Positions 16,333 through 25,092 of a stretch of 39,128 nt of DNA are shown piece after piece. The position numbers and the translations under genes were made by a program. The notes under the pieces are model-generated. The model worked only from the letters and a program-made list of their open reading frames with translations, searched no databases and had not been told where the DNA came from. The DNA lies in the NCBI GenBank assembly GCA_964579105.1, contig CAZOFQ010000003.1, positions 1 through 39,128 of the forward strand, read 5' to 3'. The number at the start of each line of letters is the position of its first letter. Positions within the stretch are counted from its first letter, which is position 1. This DNA is from an uncultured Lachnospiraceae bacterium. Its GTDB lineage: Bacteria; Bacillota; Clostridia; Oscillospirales; CAG-272.

Positions 16333-18738
16333 GTGCGTTATAACCGCGATACCTGTGTTGTGGAGCTTTCCGTGGAGGAGCTGTGCGCACTGGCACACCA
16401 AAGCGGGCATTTGGATGCGCGCCGTCCTCGCCGTTCCGTGTGCGGGGAAAAGCGCATCGACGAAAAGCAGCTGCGCTTGCCGCCCGAGCAGGGGAGAGCC
16501 TGCAACGTTTTCCTGCGGAACACTCTGACGCACAACGGCATTACCTATACCGTAGAGGGTGTGGCGGATGCGGTTTACGAGGAGTGCAATCTGATCGAGG
16601 AGATCAAAATTGCCAAGGAGGGCAAGGAATCCGTGCGGCGGGATGCCTATTCGCGCTTGCGCTGCTACGCCTATTTCTGGGGGGCGGCGAGAGATCTGCG
16701 TCGCGTCAATATGCGTATGCGTGTTTGCCATACCGAAAGCGGAGAATTCAAGGATACTTGCTCGGAGGCAAGCATAGAGGATCTTTGCGTTTTTTATCTT
16801 TCCCTGCTATCCCGTATTGAGCGCGAGGCAATGGATCTTGTGCACGGTGCAGAGGAGCGTCTTCCCACTGTAAGCAGCTTGCGGTTTCCGTATTCCAATC
16901 CGCGCGTGGGGCAGACGGAGCTTTCCGAGTGTGTATTCCGCACCATACGGCGCGGCGAACGGTTGTTTGCGGAGGCGCCTACGGGAATCGGTAAGACAAT
17001 GTCCACGCTCTATCCCGCCGTAAAAGCTTTGGGAGAAGGGTACTGTGACCGTATCTTTTATCTGACCGCAAAATCAAGCGTGCGCCGCGAGGCGTATGCT
17101 GCTGCGGGAAAATTGCACGAGGCGGGCGCGCGCTTGCGCACCGTGATGCTATATGCCAAGGAGCAGATGTGCGCGCACCCCGAGGGATGCCGTAAGGGCG
17201 TTGTTTCCCGTTGTAACCCCGATGACTGCCCGATGGCGCGCGGCTATTATGACCGCGCAGACGCCGCCTTGTGGGAGCTGCTTTCCACGCGGCACGGCTT
17301 TCCCAAAAGTATACTCATGCAGGTGGCGAAAAATCACTCCGTGTGTCCGTACGAGCTTTCTCTTGATCTTGCCATGCATTGCGAGATCATCATTTGCGAT
17401 TATAACTACGCCTTTTCTCCCGACGTTTTTTTGCGCCGCTTTTTTGACGAACGAGAAGGGGAGCGCGGGGAGTACGTATTTCTCGTGGACGAAGCGCACA
17501 ACCTGCCCGACCGCGCAAGAGACCTATATTCCGCCAAGCTTTCGCTTGCGCCCTTTGAAGCGGTATACGCCGCGCTAGATCCTGCAGCAGATGCGGAATT
17601 GGAGCAAGCGCTTGGCGGCTTCGTGCTGAGCTTTCGCCGTCTTGCTGCGCTTTGCACCGAGCACCGTGTCAAGGAAGAGGACGGTACTGCAAGCGGCTAT
17701 TATTTGAATCGGGCGCCATTGGAGCAATTCTGCGATCTCGCCGTCCGATTTCGCCGCAAATTGGACGCCGTACTCAAAAAGGAAGAGGCACATCCGCTTT
17801 TTGATAAGCTATCCGAGCTTTCCGCATTGCTGCGTCGCTTCGGGGCACTTTCCGAGTATTACGATCATCGCTTTTTAACCTTTATAGAGCTGAATCACGG
17901 CGCGCTTTGCGTGCAGACGATCTGCTTGGATCCTGCGGGAGTGCTCCACAGTGCTATGGGGCGTGCGCGTGCTGCGGTGCTGTTTTCCGCCACCCTCAAG
18001 CCGATGGACTATTTCGTGGATATCCTTGGCGGCGGCAAGGGCGCGCAAACGCTGGAGCTGTCCTCGCCCTACGATCCGAAAAACCTTTGTGTCACCGTGG
18101 CGTCAACCGTCAGCACTCGCATGGAGGAGCGCGGAGGATCCTATCGGCGGATCGCCACGCTGATCGCAGCTGCCATCAGCGCACGGGCGGGGAATTATAT
18201 GGTATATTTCCCGTCCTACGACTATATGGAGCGTGTTCTGGAGCAATTTAAGGCGAAGTATCCGCAAGTGCCGCACGCAGTGCAAAAGCGTGGAATGTGC
18301 CAGCGAGAGCAGGAGGAGTTCCTTTCCTATTTTAAAGCGGACGAGGGGCATATGCGCGTAGGCTTTTGCGTGCTGGGCGGCAGCTTCTCCGAGGGCGTGG
18401 ATCTCCCGGGGAGCCGACTTATTGGCGTGATCGTCGTAGGCGTGGGGATCCCGGGGCTTTCCAACGAGCGCAATATGCTGCGCGATTATTACGAAAATAA
18501 ATGCGAGCGCGGATATGATTATGCCTACACCTACCCGGGAATGAATCATGTTCTGCAGGCGGCGGGGCGCGTGATCCGTCGCGAGGAGGACAGAGGCGTG
18601 GTGGTTTTGATCGATAGCCGTTACGCCGAGGAACCGTATCTGCATCTGTATCCGCAGCATTGGGAGGGGCTCTGTGCCGCAGGTGACGCCGCGGCGCTCG
18701 CCCACCGTCATAAAATCTTCTGGAATAAAGAAAATTAA
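16333..18738 (+). CDS. XPD/DinG-family (Rad3-like) Fe-S DNA helicase with N-terminal PD-(D/E)XK-like nuclease module
   Basis: GTG 16333, preceded by AAGGAGG (16319-16325). The listed 16120 start overlaps mecA and the promoter. Helicase motif I AEAPTGIGKT, DEAH box (FLVDEAHNL), four Cys between motifs I and II (CAHPEGC, SRC, DDC, VCPYE), and C-terminal GSFSEGVD and QAAGRVIRR. N-terminal GVADAV-x8-LIEEIK gives a D...ExK pattern. Confidence 0.85.
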   Translation: MRYNRDTCVVELSVEELCALAHQSGHLDARRPRRSVCGEKRIDEKQLRLPPEQGRACNVFLRNTLTHNGITYTVEGVADAVYEECNLIEEIKIAKEGKESVRRDAYSRLRCYAYFWGAARDLRRVNMRMRVCHTESGEFKDTCSEASIEDLCVFYLSLLSRIEREAMDLVHGAEERLPTVSSLRFPYSNPRVGQTELSECVFRTIRRGERLFAEAPTGIGKTMSTLYPAVKALGEGYCDRIFYLTAKSSVRREAYAAAGKLHEAGARLRTVMLYAKEQMCAHPEGCRKGVVSRCNPDDCPMARGYYDRADAALWELLSTRHGFPKSILMQVAKNHSVCPYELSLDLAMHCEIIICDYNYAFSPDVFLRRFFDEREGERGEYVFLVDEAHNLPDRARDLYSAKLSLAPFEAVYAALDPAADAELEQALGGFVLSFRRLAALCTEHRVKEEDGTASGYYLNRAPLEQFCDLAVRFRRKLDAVLKKEEAHPLFDKLSELSALLRRFGALSEYYDHRFLTFIELNHGALCVQTICLDPAGVLHSAMGRARAAVLFSATLKPMDYFVDILGGGKGAQTLELSSPYDPKNLCVTVASTVSTRMEERGGSYRRIATLIAAAISARAGNYMVYFPSYDYMERVLEQFKAKYPQVPHAVQKRGMCQREQEEFLSYFKADEGHMRVGFCVLGGSFSEGVDLPGSRLIGVIVVGVGIPGLSNERNMLRDYYENKCERGYDYAYTYPGMNHVLQAAGRVIRREEDRGVVVLIDSRYAEEPYLHLYPQHWEGLCAAGDAAALAHRHKIFWNKEN

Positions 18739-18769
18739 CAATTAAATTCTCGAAAAATGCAATTCCGAC

Positions 18770-18798
18770 TTGCATTTCTTGCGAGAATGTGTTATAAT
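18770..18798 (+). promoter_or_regulatory. putative sigma-A promoter of the aminotransferase/radical-SAM unit
   Basis: TTGCAT (18770-18775), 17-nt spacer, TATAAT (18793-18798). The -35 box is the 3' arm of an AT-rich inverted repeat, AAATGCAA-N7-TTGCATTT (18755-18777). Confidence 0.6.
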
Positions 18799-18873
18799 AA
18801 GCCATATTTACGGTCAATTTTGCAATTTTGAAGCGTTTTCTATGCGAAATCAGACGGATTCCAAGGAGAAATT

Positions 18874-20160
18874 ATGAACTACACGAAAATGACCGCCGAG
18901 CAATTGCGCGCGGTGCAAAAGGAGCTGAGGGAGCAGTACCGCGCCTGGTGCGACCAAAAGATATCACTGGATCTTTCCCGCGGAAAGCCGAGTGCAACAC
19001 AGCTGGATCTTACCGAGGATATGCTGACTTGCCTTTCGAGCAAGGAGCTCTGCCGTTCCGAGGCGGGCTTTGACTGCCGCAATTACGGTATTGTTGACGG
19101 GCTGCCCGAAATGAAAAAAATCTTTGCCGACCTGCTCGGAATTCCTGCGGAATATATCATCGTGGGCGGAAACTCCTCGCTCAATTTGATGTACGACTCC
19201 GTGGCGCGTGCCATGCTTTACGGCGTGGCGGGCGGAGAGCGTCCTTGGTGTCGTGAGCAGAAGGTGAAATTCCTGTGTCCCGCCCCGGGGTACGACCGTC
19301 ACTTTGGTGTTTGTGAATCCTTGGGGATCGAGATGATCCCCGTAAAAATGCTTTCCACGGGACCTGACATGGACGCTGTGGAGCGCTTGATTGCCGCGGA
19401 TCCCGCGGTGAAGGGGATCTGGTGTAACCCAAAATATTCCAACCCCGACGGCATCACCTATTCCGATGAAGCCGTGCGCCGCTTGGCTGCAATGAAGCCC
19501 GCCGCGCCCGATTTCCGCATTTTCTGGGACAATGCATATGCGGTGCACGATCTTTACGACGAGCACGACGAATTGCTTGACATTTTTGCCGCTTGCCGAG
19601 AGCAGGGCTGTGAGGACAGAGTGTTTTATTTTGCCTCTACCTCCAAAATGTCCTTCCCGGGTGCGGGTGTTGCCATGATGGCGGCGACCCCTCGCAATCT
19701 TGCGCAGATCAAGCCGATCCTCGGTGCACAGACCATCGGGCACGACAAGCTGAATCAGCTGCGCCACGTGCGCTATTTCGGCACGGCGGAAAACCTGCTT
19801 CTGCACATGAAAAAGCACGCCGAGATCATTCGCCCTAAGTTTGAACGCGTGTTTGAGATTCTGGAAAAGGATCTGGGCGATAGCGGCGTTGCGCGCTGGA
19901 CGCGTCCCCGCGGCGGCTATTTCATCAGCTTTTATACGCTGAACGGATGTGCAACGCGTGCGTTCGAGCTTTGCCGCGAGGCAGGGGTCACCCTGACTAA
20001 TGTCGGTGCTACTTATCCTTATCGCAAGGATCCCGACGACAGCAACATTCGGCTTGCGCCCACGTTTCCCTCGGATGCGGATCTGGAAAAAGCCATGCAG
20101 ATCTTTACGCTGTGCGTGCGGCTTGCCAGCGTGGAAAGGCTGCTGCAGAATAACGATTGA
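18874..20160 (+). CDS. PLP-dependent aminotransferase (class I/II fold; aspartate-aminotransferase-like ~430-aa subfamily)
   Basis: 428 aa. LSRGKPS near the N-terminus, and [15 protein letters not shown] with the SxSK Schiff-base lysine context. AAGGAGA RBS. Substrate specificity cannot be determined from sequence. Confidence 0.82.
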   Translation: MNYTKMTAEQLRAVQKELREQYRAWCDQKISLDLSRGKPSATQLDLTEDMLTCLSSKELCRSEAGFDCRNYGIVDGLPEMKKIFADLLGIPAEYIIVGGNSSLNLMYDSVARAMLYGVAGGERPWCREQKVKFLCPAPGYDRHFGVCESLGIEMIPVKMLSTGPDMDAVERLIAADPAVKGIWCNPKYSNPDGITYSDEAVRRLAAMKPAAPDFRIFWDNAYAVHDLYDEHDELLDIFAACREQGCEDRVFYFASTSKMSFPGAGVAMMAATPRNLAQIKPILGAQTIGHDKLNQLRHVRYFGTAENLLLHMKKHAEIIRPKFERVFEILEKDLGDSGVARWTRPRGGYFISFYTLNGCATRAFELCREAGVTLTNVGATYPYRKDPDDSNIRLAPTFPSDADLEKAMQIFTLCVRLASVERLLQNND

Positions 20161-20168
20161 AAAAGCAC

Positions 20169-20201
20169 GCAAGGGCGGGCGGAGATTCCGCCCGCCCTTG
20201 C
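20169..20201 (+). terminator. GC-rich hairpin without U-tract (weak terminator or RNA-stability element)
   Basis: GCAAGGGCGGGCGG (20169-20182) pairs with CCGCCCGCCCTTGC (20188-20201), 5-nt loop, followed by TGTT only. The next RBS and ATG start 10-19 nt later. Confidence 0.4.
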
Positions 20202-20219
20202 TGTTAAGGAAGGAGCGCC

Positions 20220-21179
20220 ATGAAACAAACGCAGGCACAAACAAATCCTTTTCCGTATTCCGATTCCAACAAGCGCTACCATACTTATGATTATTATTTG
20301 AAAAAGACCTTTGGCGGCAAGGTCGCCAAGATCACGCTTGACGGCGGCTTCACCTGTCCGAATCGCGACGGTACCTGCGGCACGGGCGGTTGTATCTATT
20401 GCTCGGGTGAGGGAAGCGGCGAATTCACAGCTGCGCGTACGCTCTCTCTCGGTGAGCAATTTGAGATCCAGCGTGCCAAGCTGAAGGGAAAATGGGATAC
20501 CGATCGGTATATCGCTTATTTTCAGCCGTTTACCAATACGTATGCTCCCTTGCCGCGCTTGCGGGAGCTTTATGAGGAAGCGCTGCTGCTGTCGGGTGTT
20601 GTGGGCTTGAATATTGCAACGCGCGCCGACTGCCTGCCCGATGAGGTGATCGAGTATCTTGCAGAGCTTTCCGAGCGAACTGTGCTTACCGTAGAGCTTG
20701 GGCTTCAGACCGTACATGATGAAACCGCGCTTCGCATCGGACGCGGACATACCTATTCCGTGTTTTTGGATGCGTATCAAAGGTTGCGAAAAAAAGCCCC
20801 CAAGGTGCGAATCGGTGTTCACATGATCCTTGGGCTTATTGGTGAAAATGACGAAAATATGATAAAATCTGCGCAAGCGGTGGCAGAGCTTCTACCTGAC
20901 GAGGTCAAAATTCATTTGCTTTACGTGCTAAAAGGCACGGAAATGGGCGCTATTTATGAGAAAAATGGCTATGAAGCCATGAGCATGGAGGAGTACGTTG
21001 CCCTTGTTGTGCGTGCCTTGGAGCGCTTCTCGCCTAAGACGGTTATCGGACGTTTGACGGGAGATGCACCGCGAAATGCACTTCTTTCTCCGCTTTGGAG
21101 CTTAAAAAAGGGGATGATTTTGAACGAAATAGACAAAAGATTCTACACACAAAACAGCTGGCAGGGAAAGTTTTTCTGA
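20220..21179 (+). CDS. TIGR01212 family radical SAM protein (YtqA/YhcC-like, function unknown)
   Basis: 319 aa. N-terminal YHTYDYYLKKTFGGKVAKITLDGGFTCPNRDGTCGTGGCIYCS is the family's characteristic Cys-rich opening. AGGAAGGAG RBS. Confidence 0.88.
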   Translation: MKQTQAQTNPFPYSDSNKRYHTYDYYLKKTFGGKVAKITLDGGFTCPNRDGTCGTGGCIYCSGEGSGEFTAARTLSLGEQFEIQRAKLKGKWDTDRYIAYFQPFTNTYAPLPRLRELYEEALLLSGVVGLNIATRADCLPDEVIEYLAELSERTVLTVELGLQTVHDETALRIGRGHTYSVFLDAYQRLRKKAPKVRIGVHMILGLIGENDENMIKSAQAVAELLPDEVKIHLLYVLKGTEMGAIYEKNGYEAMSMEEYVALVVRALERFSPKTVIGRLTGDAPRNALLSPLWSLKKGMILNEIDKRFYTQNSWQGKFF

Positions 21180-21198
21180 TTTCTGCCCCGCACAGCAC

Positions 21199-21227
21199 TT
21201 GACGAAAAAACAAAAATATGTTAAAAT
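21199..21227 (+). promoter_or_regulatory. putative sigma-A promoter of the large secreted-protein gene
   Basis: TTGACG (21199-21204), 17-nt spacer, extended -10 TGtTAAAAT (21219-21227). Confidence 0.6.
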
Positions 21228-21301
21228 ACTATTAATCTTGGGAAGGGTCTGCTTAACAGATCGTTTACAAGGGCAGAAACATTTGGAAAAGGAGATCAAG
21301 T

Positions 21302-24300
21302 ATGAAAAAATCTCGTATTCTTTCGCTCCTTCTTGCCGTCGTTATGGTGGCTGCCACGGTGCCCGCGCTGGGGCTTACTGCTGCCGCCACGGGCGACGCC
21401 ACGGCTTCCTACGTGGTCTATGAGCAAGATTTCGAATCCTTGACGGTAGGCGCCACGGGTGACGCGCTTTTGGGCGAGCTGGGATGGTATATTCCCGACG
21501 CCAAAAAGGACTCCAACAATGCTACTTATTCTATTGTTGGTAACACCACCAATAAGTCCTTCCGCGTCAATACGCTGAGTGGCAGCAACTTAGAGGAAAG
21601 CTTTGTCACTATTTTTGGCGGAGACATTATGTCTATCCTGCGTGAGGCAAGCTTTACGCTTTCCTATCGCTTGACATATAATGCCGCTACCACCAATAAC
21701 GACGGCTATGCCTCGTTGATCTATAACTACAACGAGATGCACGGCACCGTTGTCAACGGTGAAGGAAACGAGGTTTACGGCATTGCCGCCGTTCGTATGA
21801 GTGGCACGGGTATGAACGCCGTTTACTACCCTGTGGCGTATGAGTACGGCAGTGTGAACGCAACGGTCGTTCGCTTCCACTCGCTGGAGCGCGAGCAGGG
21901 CAATCCTCAGGTCATGGCAAACCGCTATGATACGACGGGCGTGGGTGCTTCGTTGTATTCCGTCCTCACGGGCACGCAGGAAAGCGCCGACACCACGCTG
22001 CAGGGCTCGAATGTTTTCGCAAACAAGCCCCTGGATATCAGCGTCACTTACGATAAGAATAACGGTGTATTCGTTGATATCAACGGCATCCGCGTTTCCG
22101 ATATGAATACCACGGACGAGTACAATTCTCAGATCGCCAACTCTCAGCTTTGGAGCGATTTTATCACTCGTAACGACGGAGCTGCTATCGCGCTGCTGGC
22201 TCAACCCGGCATCGTTGCCGATATCGACAATATCTCCATTACCTCCGACAGTATTGATTCTACCGCAGCCGATCAGGAGATGCCTGCGCTTCTCATCACC
22301 GAGGTGTGCGGCTATCCCACCACCTCGCACTACGAGTACGTTGAGATCTACAACCCCAACGACTATGCCGTTGACGTTGCCAACTACTCCTTGATCTACA
22401 CAAAAACCGCGGAAAACGGCTCTGCGATCGATTCTGTTCGAATCCGCGATAGAGGTAAAAACGGTGCGGATCGTATGAAATCCACCTATTTATCTTATGT
22501 CAACCTTGGTGATATGTTCGGAACCGAGCAAATTATGACGTCGGCGCAATATCTTGACATCAATAAGGCGAGCTCCTACAAGAACATGTTCGACCACTAC
22601 GAGCTGGACGAGAACGGCGATCCTTACACTTACGTGAACGAGAACGGCACGTACAGAAAAGCGACCGATGGTGAAACGGGTGCCTACTACTACGTGCTCT
22701 ACAAGGATATGTGGAATACCCGCTATCAGCAGGGCTCTTCCGACTATGCGACCAACACCATGCTCAACCCCGGTGAATGTATGGTTCTGTACCTTACTCT
22801 GCCTACGACAGTGGCTTCCTATACAACGGGTGTAAACCACGGCGATCTTACTACGACCTTTGCGACAAGCGGCTTCCGCGCTGCATGCCAGAGCTACGGG
22901 CTTACCGAGGACGTAAAGGTTCTCAACGTGCAGGGTATAAATATTGAGAATAACGCCAACTGTATGCTGTACATCGGTCAAGCCGTTGACGAGAATGGTA
23001 AGGAGATCGACTACACCACGCGCCAGATCACCGATCTTTCCAATATCGAGTCCTACGTGCAGTACTCCTTCCCGATCATCCACGGCTTGCGCCAGGAGGG
23101 AACGGATTACACGAGCACCACGTTCGGTCAATCGGCTCGTACCCAACAGGATTACGTCGGTGTGTACGTTTACGGTGTGGATGCTTCCTCTGACTATCGC
23201 TTCGGCACCATTTATGAGGGACGCTCCCCTGTCTTTGTTTCGAAAACCAAAAAATATGCACATATTGGAGCTCTGGCAGGGTATCAGGAGATCTTGCTCG
23301 GCAGCTTCTATCAGCAGGCGCAATCTCAGCCCGAATTGATGATTACCGAGATCATGCCGCACACCAACGACCTGCAAGGGAACGACTCCAACGCGTTTAC
23401 CGCGATTGAGCTGACGAATACGTCTTCGTATAGCATAGATCTTTACAACTACGCACTCGTGCGTACGGAAACGGGTCTGGACTGCCTTACGGGGCAGGGC
23501 TTTAGCCGCGCGGTGGCACTGCGGTCGGGCAATCCCGTGAACCGCGTAGACGGTAACGGCGCTTACTACTACTTTGCAGAGGACAATATCAAGAATCCCG
23601 ACACCTGCACGCTTGCTCCGGGGGAAACGGTAGTCGTTTGGTTCTTGAACGGCGACACCTACGCTTCCTATTATACAGATGAAGACTTTGGCTTCTCCTA
23701 CTTCCGTCAGTACTGGGTCAACCAGGGCTGCTCCGAGCTGGCTTTGAAGAATAGCGATGGAGATTACGTTGTTAAAGTGATTGCCGCCGACGGCTGTGAG
23801 AATGAATCCTATAACGCCGCCAACGCCTCGGTCTCCTTCATGCCTTGTTCGACTGCTGCTGCCGTTTACGGCGTAGCTGTTGCAACTCCCGACGTTCTTT
23901 CGGGTGTTATCAAGACCACCGACGTGAAGTCCGTTGCTTATCTCGGTCTCTCTTCTACCTACTTTGAATTGAATCCCACCACCGTTACCACTGCCGACGG
24001 TGCTACCACCTACCTTGTGCAGGAGCTGAAATACTCCGAGATCCCCGTGAATATGGGTATGCGCTACGTGGTGAACGATTCCTTCAGCTGCCGCATCAGC
24101 TCGATGATCGATACTTTAAAGATCAATGACCATCTGAATGGTGGTAGCACCTATCAATATTATTATGATGTCTCCACTCTAGAGGAGGGCGCGAGCGTTG
24201 TGTTCCGCGGTGCGTACCAGCCCTCGTCCGTTGCTTTGAAGACGGCAGGACTTGGCACACTTGACGGCAAAGAAGCACTTTGCTTGAAGGATCAGTACTT

Positions 24301-24889
24301 CCGAGCGGTCACCGACAGCAACGGTAATACGGTCTACAAATACTTTGATAAGACATATACGGGTATTACAACGCTTTCGGGTGCAGCACTTTCTCCCGAT
24401 AGCACGACTGCAGAGCTCCGCTTCGACCACGTGGTTGAAAAAGACCTGTACTCAACGCTTGTTGCAACCTATGGCATTGCCAACGTCAAGGTAGGTACGA
24501 TCGTTGTCATGTCTGCCGACCTTCAGGACGGCGTGGCGTTCACGAAGGAAGCCTTCGATCAGGCGGGCATCAAGTATGCTGACGCACCCGCCAAGCTGTT
24601 GTATTACAGTAACGGTTATGCTGTGCTTGGTTCTACGGTTACCGTAAACGACAAGAATCATGAGACCTATTATACCGCGATCGGTTATCTCGAGGTGACT
24701 GTAAACGGTACTGTCTATACCTTTACCTCCGCCACCTCTACCGAGCGCAGCGTCTCCGCGGTAGCGAGCGCCGCCCTAAGAGATACGGCGGTGAATCAGG
24801 GCGGCATCTATCAGAATCTGGTGGATGGTAAATATTCGCCTTACACTGCGGCACAAATTGCACAGTATAAGATCTTTGCAGGCGAATGA
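21302..24889 (+). CDS. large secreted protein with two lamin-tail-domain (LTD)-like modules, function unknown
   Basis: 1195 aa. Sec signal peptide (MKKSRILSLLLAVVMVAATVPALGLTAAA). Two LTD-like openings: PALLITEVCG..YEYVEIYNPNDYAVDVANYSLIY and PELMITEIMP..FTAIELTNTSSYSIDLYNYALV. Each is later followed by a L.PGE..V.. strand (LNPGECMVLY, LAPGETVVVW). AAGGAGA RBS. No LPXTG, SLH or terminal TM anchor seen. Confidence 0.8.
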   Translation: MKKSRILSLLLAVVMVAATVPALGLTAAATGDATASYVVYEQDFESLTVGATGDALLGELGWYIPDAKKDSNNATYSIVGNTTNKSFRVNTLSGSNLEESFVTIFGGDIMSILREASFTLSYRLTYNAATTNNDGYASLIYNYNEMHGTVVNGEGNEVYGIAAVRMSGTGMNAVYYPVAYEYGSVNATVVRFHSLEREQGNPQVMANRYDTTGVGASLYSVLTGTQESADTTLQGSNVFANKPLDISVTYDKNNGVFVDINGIRVSDMNTTDEYNSQIANSQLWSDFITRNDGAAIALLAQPGIVADIDNISITSDSIDSTAADQEMPALLITEVCGYPTTSHYEYVEIYNPNDYAVDVANYSLIYTKTAENGSAIDSVRIRDRGKNGADRMKSTYLSYVNLGDMFGTEQIMTSAQYLDINKASSYKNMFDHYELDENGDPYTYVNENGTYRKATDGETGAYYYVLYKDMWNTRYQQGSSDYATNTMLNPGECMVLYLTLPTTVASYTTGVNHGDLTTTFATSGFRAACQSYGLTEDVKVLNVQGINIENNANCMLYIGQAVDENGKEIDYTTRQITDLSNIESYVQYSFPIIHGLRQEGTDYTSTTFGQSARTQQDYVGVYVYGVDASSDYRFGTIYEGRSPVFVSKTKKYAHIGALAGYQEILLGSFYQQAQSQPELMITEIMPHTNDLQGNDSNAFTAIELTNTSSYSIDLYNYALVRTETGLDCLTGQGFSRAVALRSGNPVNRVDGNGAYYYFAEDNIKNPDTCTLAPGETVVVWFLNGDTYASYYTDEDFGFSYFRQYWVNQGCSELALKNSDGDYVVKVIAADGCENESYNAANASVSFMPCSTAAAVYGVAVATPDVLSGVIKTTDVKSVAYLGLSSTYFELNPTTVTTADGATTYLVQELKYSEIPVNMGMRYVVNDSFSCRISSMIDTLKINDHLNGGSTYQYYYDVSTLEEGASVVFRGAYQPSSVALKTAGLGTLDGKEALCLKDQYFRAVTDSNGNTVYKYFDKTYTGITTLSGAALSPDSTTAELRFDHVVEKDLYSTLVATYGIANVKVGTIVVMSADLQDGVAFTKEAFDQAGIKYADAPAKLLYYSNGYAVLGSTVTVNDKNHETYYTAIGYLEVTVNGTVYTFTSATSTERSVSAVASAALRDTAVNQGGIYQNLVDGKYSPYTAAQIAQYKIFAGE

Positions 24890-24910
24890 TTTCCCCCCTC
24901 TTAAGGCGGA

Positions 24911-24949
24911 GAACACCCCCGAACAAATGTTCGGGGGTGTTCTTTTTTT
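24911..24949 (+). terminator. strong intrinsic terminator
   Basis: GAACACCCCCGAACA (24911-24925) pairs with TGTTCGGGGGTGTTC (24928-24942), then a 7-T run (24943-24949). Confidence 0.85.
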
Positions 24950-25010
24950 CTGCGTTTTTTATTTCTCCTTTTTTTCTTTTATTTTTCTTCATATTTTTTA
25001 AAAAAAGCTA

Positions 25011-25039
25011 TTGACAAGGATAAAAAATGAGTTTATAAT
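25011..25039 (+). promoter_or_regulatory. consensus sigma-A promoter of the dcw cluster (Pmra)
   Basis: Exact TTGACA (25011-25016), 17-nt spacer, exact TATAAT (25034-25039). It is preceded by a ~70-nt T/A-rich tract (24940-25010) that could act as an UP element. Confidence 0.7.
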
Positions 25040-25045
25040 ATACTT

Positions 25046-25092
25046 AAAGGTAGATTTAGGTAAGATTAGGAAAGAAAAGGATGAATTTTAGG
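25046..25092 (+). promoter_or_regulatory. phased direct-repeat array (WWAGG x5), candidate MraZ operator
   Basis: AAAGG 25046-50, TTAGG 25056-60, TTAGG 25066-70 and AAAGG 25076-80 are spaced exactly 10 bp apart. A fifth TTAGG follows at 25088-92. The array starts at the predicted +1 of Pmra. Confidence 0.4.

Noticed and set aside
18755-18777. The AT-rich inverted repeat AAATGCAA-N7-TTGCATTT after the helicase gene, considered as a terminator.
   Set aside because: The stem is only 8 bp, is AT-rich, and has no U-tract beyond the stem itself. Its 3' arm is the -35 box of the next promoter. I kept it as a note on that promoter (possible operator) and did not call it a terminator.
18964-20244. 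A 426-aa ORF antisense to the whole aminotransferase gene. Similar long antisense ORFs occur at 2151-3074 (folD), 8519-9211 (galM), 9310-9927 (nahK), 10476-11003 (dac), 11732-12409 and 12536-13027 (pgi), 13188-13730, 18103-18741 (helicase), 20019-20876 (radical SAM), 21590-22330 and 22490-23377 (LTD gene), and 35817-36701 (ftsZ).
   Set aside because: By coordinate arithmetic, every one of these is in the codon-aligned antisense register of the recognisable sense gene. In that register, stops arise only from sense TTA, CTA and TCA codons, which this codon usage avoids. The sense products carry clear family motifs, while the antisense translations are Arg/His/Gly-rich, motif-free and lack an RBS. 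These are shadow ORFs, not overlapping genes.
21302-24889. The possibility that the LTD gene is a recent horizontal acquisition, judged from composition.
   Set aside because: By eye its GC content and codon choices resemble the neighbours, and there are no flanking repeats or tRNA. I cannot compute composition statistics here, so I make no HGT claim. Only synteny comparison could settle it.
24738-25010. A T-rich, polypyrimidine-like ~70-nt tract after the LTD-gene terminator, and the Lys-rich 84-aa minus-strand ORF covering it. I considered a repeat element, a CRISPR leader or a small basic protein.
   Set aside because: There is no repeated unit, no spacer-repeat periodicity and no RBS. The ORF runs through the terminator hairpin and the end of the LTD gene. 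The tract is best explained as the terminator U-run plus an A/T-rich UP-like region of the dcw promoter.
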